In this document: one piece after another, positions 47,001 to 57,496 of the stretch
Numbering within the stretch: position 1 is the stretch's first letter
How the letters are laid out: every line of letters begins with the position of its first letter
Source of the DNA: Marsupella aquatica
Lineage: Eukaryota > Plantae > Marchantiophyta
Direction of reading: 5' to 3'
DNA length: 64,000 nt
NCBI GenBank assembly: GCA_973895155.1
Contig: OZ316897.1
Location: 5,531,327 to 5,595,326, forward strand
The notes under the pieces: generated by a model
The model's input: only the letters and a program-made list of their open reading frames with translations
Database searches by the model: none
What the model was told of the DNA's origin: nothing
Made by a program: the position numbers and the translations under genes

Positions 47001-48663
47001 CATCGGCAAGTCTTCCTTCCTGGGCCTAAACACCTGCTCGATCGTAGGACTAACAGGTGGTTGAGGCTTCTCAGCCAACGGCCTCGGCGTTGGAGCTTCC
47101 TCGGGTGCCCTTACCTGCAGGGGAAGTACCAGGGCAAAAGTCTGACCTCTGGCATACCGGCACAACAGCGGCATGTGATAGCCAAGCCGCGACACGCTCC
47201 CCATGCCGATTACCTGCTGCTCCTCCTTTAAGATCTTCTTCAATTGGTTGAGGAGGTACCCGTTGTAGTCCCGGCTTGGGTCTGGCCTTTCTGCCAGATA
47301 GACCTGTGCCTTGCCGATCTCTGCCCTCGGCAAGTTACAATGCATGGTCACCCGCAAGAAGTCGATCATCTCTCCTATGTGCGGGTTGGTGCAGGTGTTC
47401 CGGAAGAAGCCATTCTTCGTTGATGGCCCGGGGAACGACCGGAACTCCTTGTCAGGCAAGGTCTTCCTGGTATCAACTTTGGTCTTATTGCCTATCGGCA
47501 AGCCAAACACTTCGGCAATTACCTTGGGAGTAAGATAGAAATCCTTCCCATATATCCTCGTGCAATTGGTCTCGGGTTCCCATGACCCCACGAATTCTAA
47601 TAGGTCTGACTCCGGTACCTCCGGCTTCAGCCATGGTAATCTTACAAAGGCCTCCAAGCCGGATCCGGCCATGAAGCCTTGGTACTTCTTGGTCTGCATG
47701 GCCGTAAAGCATGCATCCTCCTCCCGTGCAAAATGTAGTTGCACCTCCACCGGTAGGGTTGCCGCCCAGCCCTTCCAGGTGTCATCCCTGGTTGGAATGG
47801 CCTTGATGGGATCGACCTCCTCCTCTTCGGCTTCTCCCTGCCTCCTGCTCTGCTGCTCGGCTGGCTTCTTTGGTGCCGCCGACCTCGTTCTTTTTGCCGG
47901 GGTGGCTTCATCGTTGACGGCTCCCTTCCTCTTCATCTCTGCTGCCGTGGAGGTTTCTCCTAGCACCGTTGCCTGGGTCCACCTTTCCGTGCTACCCTTT
48001 AATTCCCAGTGTATGTCGTTGCAGTTCTTGATGGCCTCTCGGATGCCGATGACGCTGTCTTTGCAAAACAAAAGATCGTCGAGTTGATTGGAAGTAGGCG
48101 TCCACAGGAACTCGTCCTTGATGAGTTCGCCTCCTAAGAAAGCCGTCTTCTGCAGCTCCCACAATCGAGCGAGCTCCTGCCGTTCTCGAGCTGCCCTTTC
48201 TGACTCCTCGTCCTCGTAAGTCTTGATGTACTCAGTTGCCCGTTCGAACAGGCATCCCCAGAAATGTGCCGCTTGATTGACGTTGCTCATACCCTCCTTA
48301 GGTCGATCGTCGGTATCTACTCTCTCCCCGAGTGCTTGCCTAAGCAGCTGACAGTAGTTGGCCTCCCGTAGTCGTCTGCCTAGTTCGTGCTTGCAAATGA
48401 GCCACCATCTCCTGCAAGCGCTCCTTACCCCTCTCCTCTGCCGGTCCCTCTTCCCGTTGATCCTTCCTAGCCGCCGACGCTTAACGCGCCCTAACCCTAA
48501 TCAGGTTTTCACCCTCAGCCTTACCTCCGGCCTCTGCCCGGGTTCCATGGTTGCCCCTAATTGTTTATATTTTCCTTGTTTTGTCCCTATACTAAGGTGT
48601 TCCTAGGGTGCCTTCCTGCTTTACCCACTTAACCGGCCGAGTGATTCCTGTCTAGGCATCACA
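44013..48663 (-). mobile_element. 4.65-kb solo-LTR-like insertion carrying a long ORF
   Basis: TGTGGTG...CATCACA termini; TSD CCTAC (44008-44012, 48664-48668); removal restores G2 gag VKFVG|EPGKK; no terminal direct repeats or gag/pol inside. Confidence 0.87.
44925..48290 (-). CDS. 1121-aa LTR-borne accessory protein: plant-mobile-domain/transposon-accessory-like region, acidic disordered linker, long coiled coil, NLS-like KKKRK
   Basis: Uninterrupted ORF; GLEAFVRLPW..EF..IYGKDFYLTPKVIAEVFGLP; heptad-rich C-terminal third; homolog at 58121-64000. Confidence 0.85.
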   Translation of the reverse strand: MSNVNQAAHFWGCLFERATEYIKTYEDEESERAARERQELARLWELQKTAFLGGELIKDEFLWTPTSNQLDDLLFCKDSVIGIREAIKNCNDIHWELKGSTERWTQATVLGETSTAAEMKRKGAVNDEATPAKRTRSAAPKKPAEQQSRRQGEAEEEEVDPIKAIPTRDDTWKGWAATLPVEVQLHFAREEDACFTAMQTKKYQGFMAGSGLEAFVRLPWLKPEVPESDLLEFVGSWEPETNCTRIYGKDFYLTPKVIAEVFGLPIGNKTKVDTRKTLPDKEFRSFPGPSTKNGFFRNTCTNPHIGEMIDFLRVTMHCNLPRAEIGKAQVYLAERPDPSRDYNGYLLNQLKKILKEEQQVIGMGSVSRLGYHMPLLCRYARGQTFALVLPLQVRAPEEAPTPRPLAEKPQPPVSPTIEQVFRPRKEDLPMQQPGMQSLLKLLEKEKKSASATTTATATMQDTTTEVGLHRLTRENPFAGDKERIRPESKPGVRMYVGTSSSESEAELPEAPTDEEEREKPDVQEVEEAVEDCSHDNSGYGSDHHVPGVRTCGRFVPTLPRVVRGDPNQQSSPESPPPDVAPPSFDGIKQTVQEFQERIKQEEEAALAKEKDLPGGDWPEDIRRLAEKGSKPLATIEEIRRTAWEQRPRWAMPITSTYSTYAKNRAMEYGEMCGELALGIFGEELEIGPFFHREQLEKHQLEEAVALERSKKDEVIRRLRRMEAEIEDLRAAKKAQDELRIKRHELNIMQGQLDTAQADNQNIKDKLTQTQGELADTIKEREKWKQELKNTEEAHITANSRAMAETQRKEWALKGELEKIRGALEQKEVELGKSYQGIMALQQELASLTASFKADLREKDEMLEQTYAKMNQMESVIIAELDKELRATREERATLKKELEEAHREQEEAKNELEGARKDLDETQEELEEITRKMENLQRRADNQTERLKKQAAVFKCLAAAGPSPVGTNQLPGVVIAEGQAAPTAPVPEVSGKGKGPVAEPPTKKKRKPSGSRSNTTSQAVVIKEVDPAPTPDRVTAKDPTTLGEGEAEAEGVAEAEAEGVTEAEAVGIAEAGVEAEAEGGPSQADGELTQSRAGNLSENEPTAVAEEEALGASIKDPPPVS

Positions 48664-49760
48664 CCTACAAACTTGACCCATTGCTCTTTTAGGGCCTCCG
48701 TCAACTCCCTACATTCATTTCTGGTGTGATCTTTTGAATCACACCACATACACAAAGCATTCGGCCTCCTCTCAGCTGGTTCCCTTCTTGGAATCTCAGT
48801 CCTCTGAGACCTCTGCTCTATCACATGGGAGGTTAAAAGCCTTATTCCTTCAGCAATTTTCTCTAGGTCAGTCGTGCTGGACCCTTCCACCTACACCCTC
48901 CTCTCGACATCTTCTCTCCTCCCAACTACATCCCTGGTGATCTCTCTCTCACTCTCCCTCCTCCTTACCACCTCCCTCGTGGCCTCTCTGTCGTTCTCTC
49001 TTCTCCTTCTACGCTCATTTACTCTCATTACTGCCCTCTCGACCAGACTCCAATCCGCTGGTCCTTCCGCCCAAGTGGGTTCAAGCAGATCCATGGAGTT
49101 TTCTAACTCATCCCTAAGCTGCTCCCCTCCTGCTCTCAAAAACAGTTCTGATTTCTGAAGCTCAATAATCCTTACATCACGCCAAGGGAGCTGGCTCATT
49201 CTTCGAGTGAACTCTCGAAGTAATTGTTGTGGCTCAAGTCTCTTCTCTCTCTCGTTAACCCAATCCAGGAAGGAAGTGTGAGTCTCCCTACTCGAATCCT
49301 CTAACTGAAATTCCTCTTTCATTCTACGCTCAAAGTCTCTCCAAGTCCTATCCTCTACTGACTTATCTACCAAAACCTGAACTGACCCCTTCAAACTCAT
49401 CTCAACAACCGTGACGAACTTTTGGATCGCCACAACCTCATCCACCATTTGTATCTCGACTTGTGTCTTATACTCCTCTAAATATCGGGTGACATCTCGC
49501 CCATCGAACCTACCTCTATTTGTGAGTACTGCTTGAAGGCATCTCGATGCCCTCATCTCCTGGTCTCTTTCCCTTCTCTCTACCATTTCTCTCTCTCTCC
49601 TCTCACGTTCACTAACCGCATCCTCTCTCTTCATCAGCTGCATGGCAGCCGCCATCATTCTGATCATATCCTCCATAGTCTCTTCTTTTCTGAAAGCTTC
49701 AGAAAAACTTTCTATATTAGGACTCACGTTTGAATCCATACACAAGTTGACAACCCTCAA
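48664..49760 (-). pseudogene. gag: G2 gag (one internal stop at 48891) with zinc knuckle
   Basis: GRFDGRDVTRYL capsid-like motif; CMWCDSKDHTRNEC; lies downstream of the PBS. Confidence 0.82.
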
Positions 49761-50209
49761 ACTATGGTCTCACTCTCTCTTCCCTCGAAAGTTTGAATCA
49801 ACAAATCAGTCGTCTCCAATCTTTCGCAGTTGATCAGCCTCTCAGCTCTTCGAGCTGCTACTGCCGAACTGTCTCTCAAGAGATCATGAAACCAAGTTCA
49901 CCCTCTATCAATCAATCAATCTCTTATCTAATCAATCATTCATATTAAACAACCCTAATTATCTATTCTCTTTTCTAATTCTCTCTACTCATGGCTTGCC
50001 TTCTGCTCGTCTCCCTTAAGTTCTCAACCCTAAATGATCGTATGGTTCTCGACGGCCGTTCTTCTTGCTCTTCCCTAATCTCTACCTTATTCTCTTTTTC
50101 CCTCTCTAACTTAATCTCACTTGGAACCCCAATTTTCTCATGGTCGATTGTTTCTAATGGCTTACCCATTCACTAATCACATGTCCCTAAAACTAATGAT
50201 TCCGCGAGT

Positions 50210-50227
50210 TCCCCAGTATGGTCACCA
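50210..50227 (-). promoter_or_regulatory. G2 primer-binding site TGGTGACCATACTGGGGA (tRNA-Arg-like)
   Basis: 4 nt from the LTR CA end; resembles TGGCGACnnnnCTGGGGA PBSs. Confidence 0.75.
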
Positions 50228-50231
50228 CTTA

Positions 50232-51586
50232 TGTCCGGGGACCAGTTTAAAGCGATATAAAAGTAGACCTTTTAATATTTTTAGGGACTTGTCAATCCAT
50301 TCGTACTTTCATTCCTTTTTTTCTTTTTTTGTAAGCCTTCCAGTCTTCTCATTTTAAGTACGACTTAAACCTTCTTTGTGTCTTCTCGATGGTCTCTGTT
50401 CACTTGCTCTTTGGTCTTTCCTTTCTTTGTGTTCCTATCACTCATCTTCTAGTACCAGTCCAAGTGCCATGCGTTTTCCGTAGAACTCCTACTTGTTTTC
50501 TTTCTCAAGGAAAAATCATTCAGTCGGTCAATCAATCATCCAAGTCGGTCAAATCGAAGACTTCTTTTGTTTTTCGGAGTTCCAATAAACCAGACAGTGA
50601 TTCCAAGTCGGGTTTCAACGAACTGTGGCAACGTAGTGTCGTTCACGAAGGTTTCCCCATCACGATCAATCTCGACTAAAGGCTGTCTGATGAGAGTTCA
50701 GCAAAACAATACAATTAACACCGGAATTCAACCCTCCCGTTTGTCCTAAGCTGTCAGTAGCTTTTTTGTTCTTCAGTCCTGCACTCTTGAAAGCTTATTG
50801 TTCACTTCAAAAACTTTGGCTTTCTTCTTGCTTGTTGCTCGTCTGACTTTTCACCAAGCACTACTAGAATCCAATCAGGCATCCTCAACTTTAAGCAACT
50901 GTTCTCGCGCATTTCTCGTTCATTGCTCTCCAAGTTCTCTGGTTCTCTTGATATTGCTTTTCTTTTCTCGATTGTCCTCTCGTTCAAATTTGAATTCCCT
51001 CACGGTCATGCCAGTCATTTCGTCTTGCTTGATACTTCCCTTCGGCGGTACGCCCTCCTATCACTCAAATCCCCTTCCCGTATTGTCTTCTTTCTAATCT
51101 TCTCACATCTCCGCTGTTTTACACCATTCGAGCTCGTGTCAACTCCTTCTTCAGTCTTAATCGTCCCTTCCTTCAGAAAGAAAAGTTTTCGTATACTGTT
51201 TCACTTCTTTGCCTTCAGAACGCGAGTTTTTCCCGTTCAGCAATTTCCCTGCCCTCTGATCCTCTCAGAAGAAATTTATTTACCGTCTCCCGATTCTCAT
51301 CCTGCTTCCATTTAATCACCCTTGCGTTCCTTTCCTTCGCTTAAACTTGCTCCCTCTAACTTCCTTTCAGCTCCTCGCCTTCCCATCGCCCATTTCCTCT
51401 TCCTTCTGCTTCAACAATTGATCATTCGCCCTTCCTCTCACGATTTTTCACCCTAAAACTCCAGATTCTCATTCATTTTTGGAATTTTCCTTCTCCCGAA
51501 CGCTTCATCATAATCTGTCAGCCCGAACCTTCTCGCCCATCGCTATTTTTCAGTGCATGCTATTTACTCCTCTAAAATTTCCTTAG
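50232..51586 (-). repeat. G2 5' LTR, with ~0.85-kb internal deletion, outer end lost
   Basis: Matches 14286-16478; deletion joined through CTTG microhomology near 50290. Confidence 0.88.
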
Positions 51587-52036
51587 TCCTGGGTGGCAGC
51601 GAGTTGTACCATGGACGAGCTTCTCCCTGCATCACTCCTGGGAGGACGGTTAGCTTAATGGTGTCTTCCCCATTGGCCTTAGCAGTAGCTTCAAACTCGT
51701 CCAACCATTCGTCCGGATCATCCCCATGACGCCCTTTGAAAGGTCGATAATGAAACTGCGACCGTTGTGATATTTGTGGGGAGCTGGGGCAGCGCGAGCC
51801 ACAGCAGGTGGCACGGTTGCCATAGGTACCGGAGGCGGTGGTGGCGCTAGCGGTGGTGTAGCAGGGACTGGAGCAGGACTGGCTGGACCGGACCCCGAAG
51901 GTCCCGGTGGTATGTTCATTCGCCGAGGCGATTTCGAATCTTCCGAGCCTGAAGAGTCAAAGCTTGTTGTGGTTGCACTCTCTCGTTCACTGGTCAATCT
52001 CCTCAAGTAAGCTGCTTGAGAACGAGTGACGGGCAT
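51587..52036 (-). pseudogene. gag: Gypsy gag N-terminus (probably G1), truncated
   Basis: MPVTRSQ start; frameshifted FKGRHGDDPDEWLDEFE..GEARPWYNSLP. Confidence 0.8.
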
Positions 52037-52134
52037 TTACTTGTACAAATGTGATGGTTAGTAACTCACTAGGGTCTAGTGTACTCTGTCTAGGTGCACC
52101 CGCACATGTCTCCCTTCTACTATACGTAGAGTGC

Positions 52135-52152
52135 CCCCTCCATCTAGCGCCA
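52135..52152 (-). promoter_or_regulatory. Primer-binding site TGGCGCTAGATGGAGGGG (Tat-like)
   Basis: 13 nt from the LTR end CGTGACA and upstream of the gag ATG. Confidence 0.72.
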
Positions 52153-52568
52153 ATAACAAAGGCTATGTCACGTCGTCAACCTAGGCCTTAACCCGGGCTT
52201 CGGCTTAGACAGGCACATCCTTTGTCAATATGAGGGTTCGGGCAGGGAGGGAGGCACGGAATGCACCTAACTCACATAAACTAGCGCTAAGTGCGCCTAT
52301 TGTCATATACGGACACCTCTTAGGTATGGTTTGTGTTCCGCCATCGGAACGTACCTCAGTCGATAGCAGGATCGACCCCGGCTTACGGGCTTCTAAGCCT
52401 TTGTGTTGTCCGCCTTTGATCCGGATTTGATGGTATGGTAATGGTAATGGTAATGGTAATGTATTATAAGCTCCGGGATCATGAAAGTCAAAGGAGCTGC
52501 CACAAAAAGTAAAGTACAATGCAATCAAAGAAAAGAGCAACCAAAAGAGATTGCTCAGAAGAGGACAA

Positions 52569-55500
52569 CTATGTCCTCAAAGAAACTATGGACCTAGAGA
52601 GCCCTATGGACCTAGAGAGCCCTGAAAGATTTTCCAAACCTATTCTCCTTTCCCTATCCACCGCAAAGATATATCTTCCAAGTTGTTGAGGGGGCAGACC
52701 AAACAATGCATACAAATCTTTCACCAAGATTTGAGATGCCATCCTAACCCCCTCATAAAACTTGCAAGCAATGAATACATGATATTCATTCTCTATACTA
52801 GAGCTATCACATAGTTGACAAACCCTCTTTTTCCTGTCAATATCCTTCCATCTCCCTTGTTCTACTTCAAGGTGGTGTGAGCTTAGTCTATACTGAGCAA
52901 TAAGTTGTCTAAGTTGTACTGAGATAGTGCTAGATAAGTATTCTTGTTCTCGATATTTCTTCATGGGGTTCACATCTCTCATGTAGTATTGCTGCCGTGG
53001 GCTAGGTTCATGCCAAAGTTTGTGCAAAGCCTTTTGCTCAAGTTTTGCTCTTAGCTTGGTTGGGTGTGTTGGCCATTCATGTTCAGGAAAATCCCAAGCA
53101 TGGGCCCACCTGCACACATCTGCATACCACCCTTTAGCTGAAGATGAGCGCAAGGCATGAAAAGGAAATCTGTTTTCCTCCAACTCTCTTACACGCATGA
53201 TGTATTTGAGTGTGTGGAAGAGTGCCTCCACCTCCAAAGGAAACAAGCCTGCCTCTGCAAGTGTAAGTGCATATGGGGTTTGTGACTTGATCCCAAGCTC
53301 CATCTCAAGAAATAGCTTTTGCAGCCCCTCAATCTGTTGCCACCCAGATTTAGACACACCTGCTCCCCAAATTGGTGCTCCATAAAGAATGACTGGTTTC
53401 ACCAAAGCTCCAAAGAGATGTTTCCTTAACCTCCAAGTGTGTAGACCAGCTCTTTTGCATTTGTTCATGAATGCATAAAAAGCTCTGTACCCATTGGCAG
53501 CCCTAGATTTTACACATGAGGCCCAACTCAAGTTTTGAGAGAACTCCACCCCAAGGTATTTGTAGGTCCTCACAAATTCCACCAGATTCCCTTGGAAGTA
53601 GAGCTCTGGATTTTGTCGTGTGCCAATGCCCAAACACTTGGTCTTCTTGAGGTTGACTACCATCCCTGTTGCTTGACAAAACTCCTCCAAGGCATTGAGA
53701 TGTCTTTGCAAAGCTTCTTGAGCATGAGCAAGTAGGACCACATCATCTGCAAATATAAGAAGTTGGAGGACAAACCTACCCAATTGAGTGCCCACTCCAC
53801 CATGCTCCTCCAAAATGTTGTGTAGCTGATCAATGAAGATGCCAAAGAGAGTTGGTGAGAGAGGACAACCTTGGATCACCCCAAGAGTGCTCCAGATTTC
53901 TTCAGAGGTTTCCTTTGAAAGTTTGATGCGCACTTCTTGGTACAATTTAGAAACAGCCAACCTGAGCTCTTCAGGCACTTCCAACTCCACCATCCTATCC
54001 CAAAGCTTGGATCGGGAAACTTTGTCAAAGGCCTTGGAGAAGTCCACAAACAAGCAAAATAATGGTTTATGTGGAGATTTGGCCTTTTCACACAACACCC
54101 TCAAGCAGAGAATGTGATCCATAGTGCTGAATTCTCTCCTAAAACCTGCTTGTGAAGGTGCCCTTTTCATCTCACTCTCCAACCAAGAGCTTAATCTGGC
54201 TTCAAGTAGTCCTCCCAAAACTTTAGCAAAAGTATTGCCTACCATGATGGTTCTGTAGTTGTGCACATCGTCCTTGTTGCCTGCCTTGAAGATAGGCACC
54301 ACTCTTCTGGTCATCCAAGCTTTAGGTAAACCTAAAGCCATTGCTTGATTCAGCTCATGCACCAAGTTTGTTAGTAAAGAGGGTCCTCCCCACAAAAGAA
54401 GCTCCAAGTTCAGGCCCAACAGATCTTTAGCTTTCCCATGTTGCATGTGGGAAAGATGCACCTTCACCTCCCTCTCTGTAAACTGAATGGTGTCCCCAAG
54501 GGGCAAAGGCATGCCACTAGCATCTGGAAAGAAATACAAGGATGTGACATAGGTTACCAGGTCCTGGTGATCCAAGGGGGGAGTAGTCTTGCCTGATTGC
54601 ATTCTCTCCCAAAAACGTTTTGGATGTTTGATGAACTCCTCACATAGTGATTGTTGATGACTCTTCAAGAAGCACCTCTTCTTGTGTTTGATGAAGTTCT
54701 TGTACATAGTGAATGCCAAAAGTCTCTTTTCCCCTGAATGTGATCTTGCTTGCATCCTTGCTCTAGCACAATCCTCGTCAAACCAAGCCTTCATGTTTTG
54801 CTTTCTAGGGGGTTTGGTGGAGAAAGTAGAGGCTGCTGCTTGTGCTATGACTTCTGAGAGCTCAATCTGATCATCCAGAGTATGGAGAAGATGTTCAAAG
54901 TTGGCTTTGAAGATGACTTCTCTATCAGGGTCTAGAAACAGAGGTTTGGGTACTGGCTTTCTATGCACTTTGTTTGGGATTGTGGTCAGGTCAAGATGGA
55001 ACAACAAAGGCAAGTGTGAAGACTCTGGTTGTTGATCAAGTATTTGAAAGTCAACCACTCTAGTGGCAGAGGTAGGTGAGGCAAGAAGGTAATCAATGGT
55101 ACTACATCCTTGTTTAGATCTAAAAGTGTAACCAGATGATTGGGGAAATCTCTCAAGCCCATTCAATATTCTTAGATTACAAGAAGCTCCCAAATGCAAA
55201 AAGTGACGTGTCATGTCATTTGTTCTGGTGTCAAGAGCCTCTCTCACCCAAGGTATCTCTTCACTACATGATGACCAAGGTAAAGTTCCTAAGTCCTCAC
55301 TTTCAGTAAATTGTTCATTAGATACCCTGGCATTAAAGTCCCCCACTATCCATGTCTCCCCTAGTGGTGATATATCATGAATGACTTGGATTAACCTATG
55401 AAATGGATAATGTGCATCAGCAATTCCCATCTTATAGACATTCATATTAAGGGGAGCAAAGTAGGTGACAATCAGAAATGATGGAGTACCTCTGGTATGA

Positions 55501-55790
55501 AGTCTCACCACCATGAACTGCTTGCTGGGATCTTCATGTTCAATAGAGGTGATGTGTTGAAGTTGATTCTTGGTGTAGACAGCAATGCCTCCAAACCCTC
55601 TTCCCCTTGTGGTCTTCTTCTCATTGAAGATGGATTGTATGCAAGTAAAGCCTTTAATGCTAGGTAGAGCATTTCCCTCATATTCCCAAGTCTCCGTGAA
55701 AAGCAAGATGTCAAAATTCTTAAACAAAGGTTCCCCTCCAATTGTTGTTTCTATGGAAAGTCCTGAAACATTCCATGCCATGACTCTCAA
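52569..55790 (-). CDS. LINE ORF2, ~1073 aa, intact
   Basis: APE, RT and CCHC motifs; carries the 6-aa C-terminal duplication. Confidence 0.95.
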   Translation of the reverse strand: MRVMAWNVSGLSIETTIGGEPLFKNFDILLFTETWEYEGNALPSIKGFTCIQSIFNEKKTTRGRGFGGIAVYTKNQLQHITSIEHEDPSKQFMVVRLHTRGTPSFLIVTYFAPLNMNVYKMGIADAHYPFHRLIQVIHDISPLGETWIVGDFNARVSNEQFTESEDLGTLPWSSCSEEIPWVREALDTRTNDMTRHFLHLGASCNLRILNGLERFPQSSGYTFRSKQGCSTIDYLLASPTSATRVVDFQILDQQPESSHLPLLFHLDLTTIPNKVHRKPVPKPLFLDPDREVIFKANFEHLLHTLDDQIELSEVIAQAAASTFSTKPPRKQNMKAWFDEDCARARMQARSHSGEKRLLAFTMYKNFIKHKKRCFLKSHQQSLCEEFIKHPKRFWERMQSGKTTPPLDHQDLVTYVTSLYFFPDASGMPLPLGDTIQFTEREVKVHLSHMQHGKAKDLLGLNLELLLWGGPSLLTNLVHELNQAMALGLPKAWMTRRVVPIFKAGNKDDVHNYRTIMVGNTFAKVLGGLLEARLSSWLESEMKRAPSQAGFRREFSTMDHILCLRVLCEKAKSPHKPLFCLFVDFSKAFDKVSRSKLWDRMVELEVPEELRLAVSKLYQEVRIKLSKETSEEIWSTLGVIQGCPLSPTLFGIFIDQLHNILEEHGGVGTQLGRFVLQLLIFADDVVLLAHAQEALQRHLNALEEFCQATGMVVNLKKTKCLGIGTRQNPELYFQGNLVEFVRTYKYLGVEFSQNLSWASCVKSRAANGYRAFYAFMNKCKRAGLHTWRLRKHLFGALVKPVILYGAPIWGAGVSKSGWQQIEGLQKLFLEMELGIKSQTPYALTLAEAGLFPLEVEALFHTLKYIMRVRELEENRFPFHALRSSSAKGWYADVCRWAHAWDFPEHEWPTHPTKLRAKLEQKALHKLWHEPSPRQQYYMRDVNPMKKYREQEYLSSTISVQLRQLIAQYRLSSHHLEVEQGRWKDIDRKKRVCQLCDSSSIENEYHVFIACKFYEGVRMASQILVKDLYALFGLPPQQLGRYIFAVDRERRIGLENLSGLSRSIGLSRSIVSLRT

Positions 55791-55802
55791 GGTCCCAATC
55801 CA

Positions 55803-56573
55803 TCATTTAGAAACAACTCTCTTCTTATTGGTAACAACAGCTTGTCCATTGCGCAAGTAGGCCACCAATCCTTGGTCTTTGGCTACCCTCACCTTCTCAA
55901 GCTCAATTTTCCTTGCTTGGACTTGTGTGGGAGTCAGATCATCATCCAACCAAATCCTTAGCCCTTTAAGCATGCTCCTGTTAGCCATCACTCTAGCTTT
56001 CTCGGATTCAGCTGCAAACTTCACCAAGATTGGACGTGGAAGGTCCCCCTTCTTTTGCCCAATCCTATATGCTTGCAAAATGATAGGGTCATGCACTTTC
56101 ATCTGAGATTGGAAGAATGAAATTGCTACCTTCTTGGTGTCTTCCTTCTCCTCCTCAACAAGGCCTGATATTTTGCAGTTGCTGACTCTTGCATGCTGGT
56201 TCTTGTGTTCTTCCTCTAGTGCTCTCCTCTCCTCCTCCTTGGCTTGGACAAATTCCATATGTGATTGTTTTGCAGCCTGTGCAAAGGTTTTGAGCTTCTC
56301 CTCAATCTCCCCTACAGCCTCATGTATCACTGATTTCTCTGGGCACATACTCTTCTCCATGTCTCCAAAACACGATGCAAGCAATGAGAGTTGCTTACCA
56401 TTCTCCTGAGTTTGAGATCGAAGATCACTAATCAACCTCTTTTGCTTGACATTCTCATTCTTTAGGTCCGTCACCTCCTTGCTGAGCGTGGTAATCTCAA
56501 TTGCGGAGTTTTCAGCCACAACTAAGATTTTCTCAAGCAAAGCCTTGAGATGGGCAATCTCCTCCGTTGCCAT
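55803..56573 (-). CDS. LINE ORF1, 256 aa
   Basis: Near-identical to 32968-33738. Confidence 0.9.
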   Translation of the reverse strand: MATEEIAHLKALLEKILVVAENSAIEITTLSKEVTDLKNENVKQKRLISDLRSQTQENGKQLSLLASCFGDMEKSMCPEKSVIHEAVGEIEEKLKTFAQAAKQSHMEFVQAKEEERRALEEEHKNQHARVSNCKISGLVEEEKEDTKKVAISFFQSQMKVHDPIILQAYRIGQKKGDLPRPILVKFAAESEKARVMANRSMLKGLRIWLDDDLTPTQVQARKIELEKVRVAKDQGLVAYLRNGQAVVTNKKRVVSK

Positions 56574-56580
56574 CACAAAG

Positions 56581-56658
56581 CTGAAACTGTTGTTAGAATG
56601 TACTCTTAGACGACAAATAGAAATTGGGAGCAGTAGAGGATGTCAGTTGCAGCTCTAC
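56581..56658 (-). other. 78-nt GT-AG intron in LINE 5'UTR
   Basis: AAG|GTAGAG donor, TTCTAAC branch-like motif, TTTCAG| acceptor; exactly absent from B and C. Confidence 0.85.
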
Positions 56659-57496
56659 CTTTGCCAGTGATACACTCTCGCTGTTTGCAACACTCTGCCA
56701 AAATCTGGGCTCAAACCGCAGCCGATTGCCCTTCCAACTCGAAGTGAAATTTCGCCCCAAGCTCAGAATCCCGAAACTGGACACGGAGCAGATCGTGCAT
56801 GCTAAAGTGCATACCAAACGATGTCGGTTGCAGCTCTAACTTTGCCAGTGATATATTCTCGCTGTTTCCAATGCTCTGGCAAAGTCTGAGCTTAAACCGT
56901 AGCCAATTTCACTTCCAACTCGAAGTGAAATTTTGCCCCAAGCTCAGAATTGCGAAACTGGAGACGTAACAGATCGTGCATGCTAAAGTGCATATCAAAC
57001 AATGTCGGTTGCAGCTCTAACTTTGCCAGTGATACATTCTTGCTGTTTCCAATGCTCTGGCAAAATCTGAGCTCAAATCGCAGCCGATTGCCCTTCCAAC
57101 TCGAAGTGAAATTTCACCCCGAGCTCAGAATCGCGAAACTAGAGACGTAGCAGATTGCGCATGCTAAAGTGCATACCAAACGATGTCGGTTGCAGCTCTA
57201 ACTTTGCCAGTGATACATTCTCGCTGTTTCCAATGCTCTGGCAAAGTCTGAGCTTAAACCGTAGTCGATTGCCCTTCCAACTCGAAGTGAAATTTCGCCC
57301 CAAGCTTAGAATCGCGAAACTGGAGACGTAGCAGATCGCGCATGCTAAAGTGCATACCAAACGATGTCGGTTGCAACTCTAACTTTGCCAGTGATACATT
57401 CTCGCTGTTTCCAATGCTCTGGCAAAGTCTGAGCTTAAACCGCAGCCGATTGCCCTTCCAACTCGAAGTGAAATTTCGCCCCAAGCTCAGAATCGT
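56659..57496 (-). repeat. 181-bp tandem monomers of copy E
   Basis: Same 4 full + 1 partial layout as copy C. Confidence 0.93.

Noticed and set aside
44925-48290. 1121-aa ORF as a host myosin/SMC-like gene
   Set aside because: Intronless, no motor or ATPase motifs, bounded by TG..CA and a TSD inside a gag gene, with a homolog in another LTR.
48888-48896. In-frame TAG in G2 gag as programmed readthrough
   Set aside because: Single degenerate copy with other lesions, and the stop precedes the zinc knuckle; a nonsense mutation is simpler.
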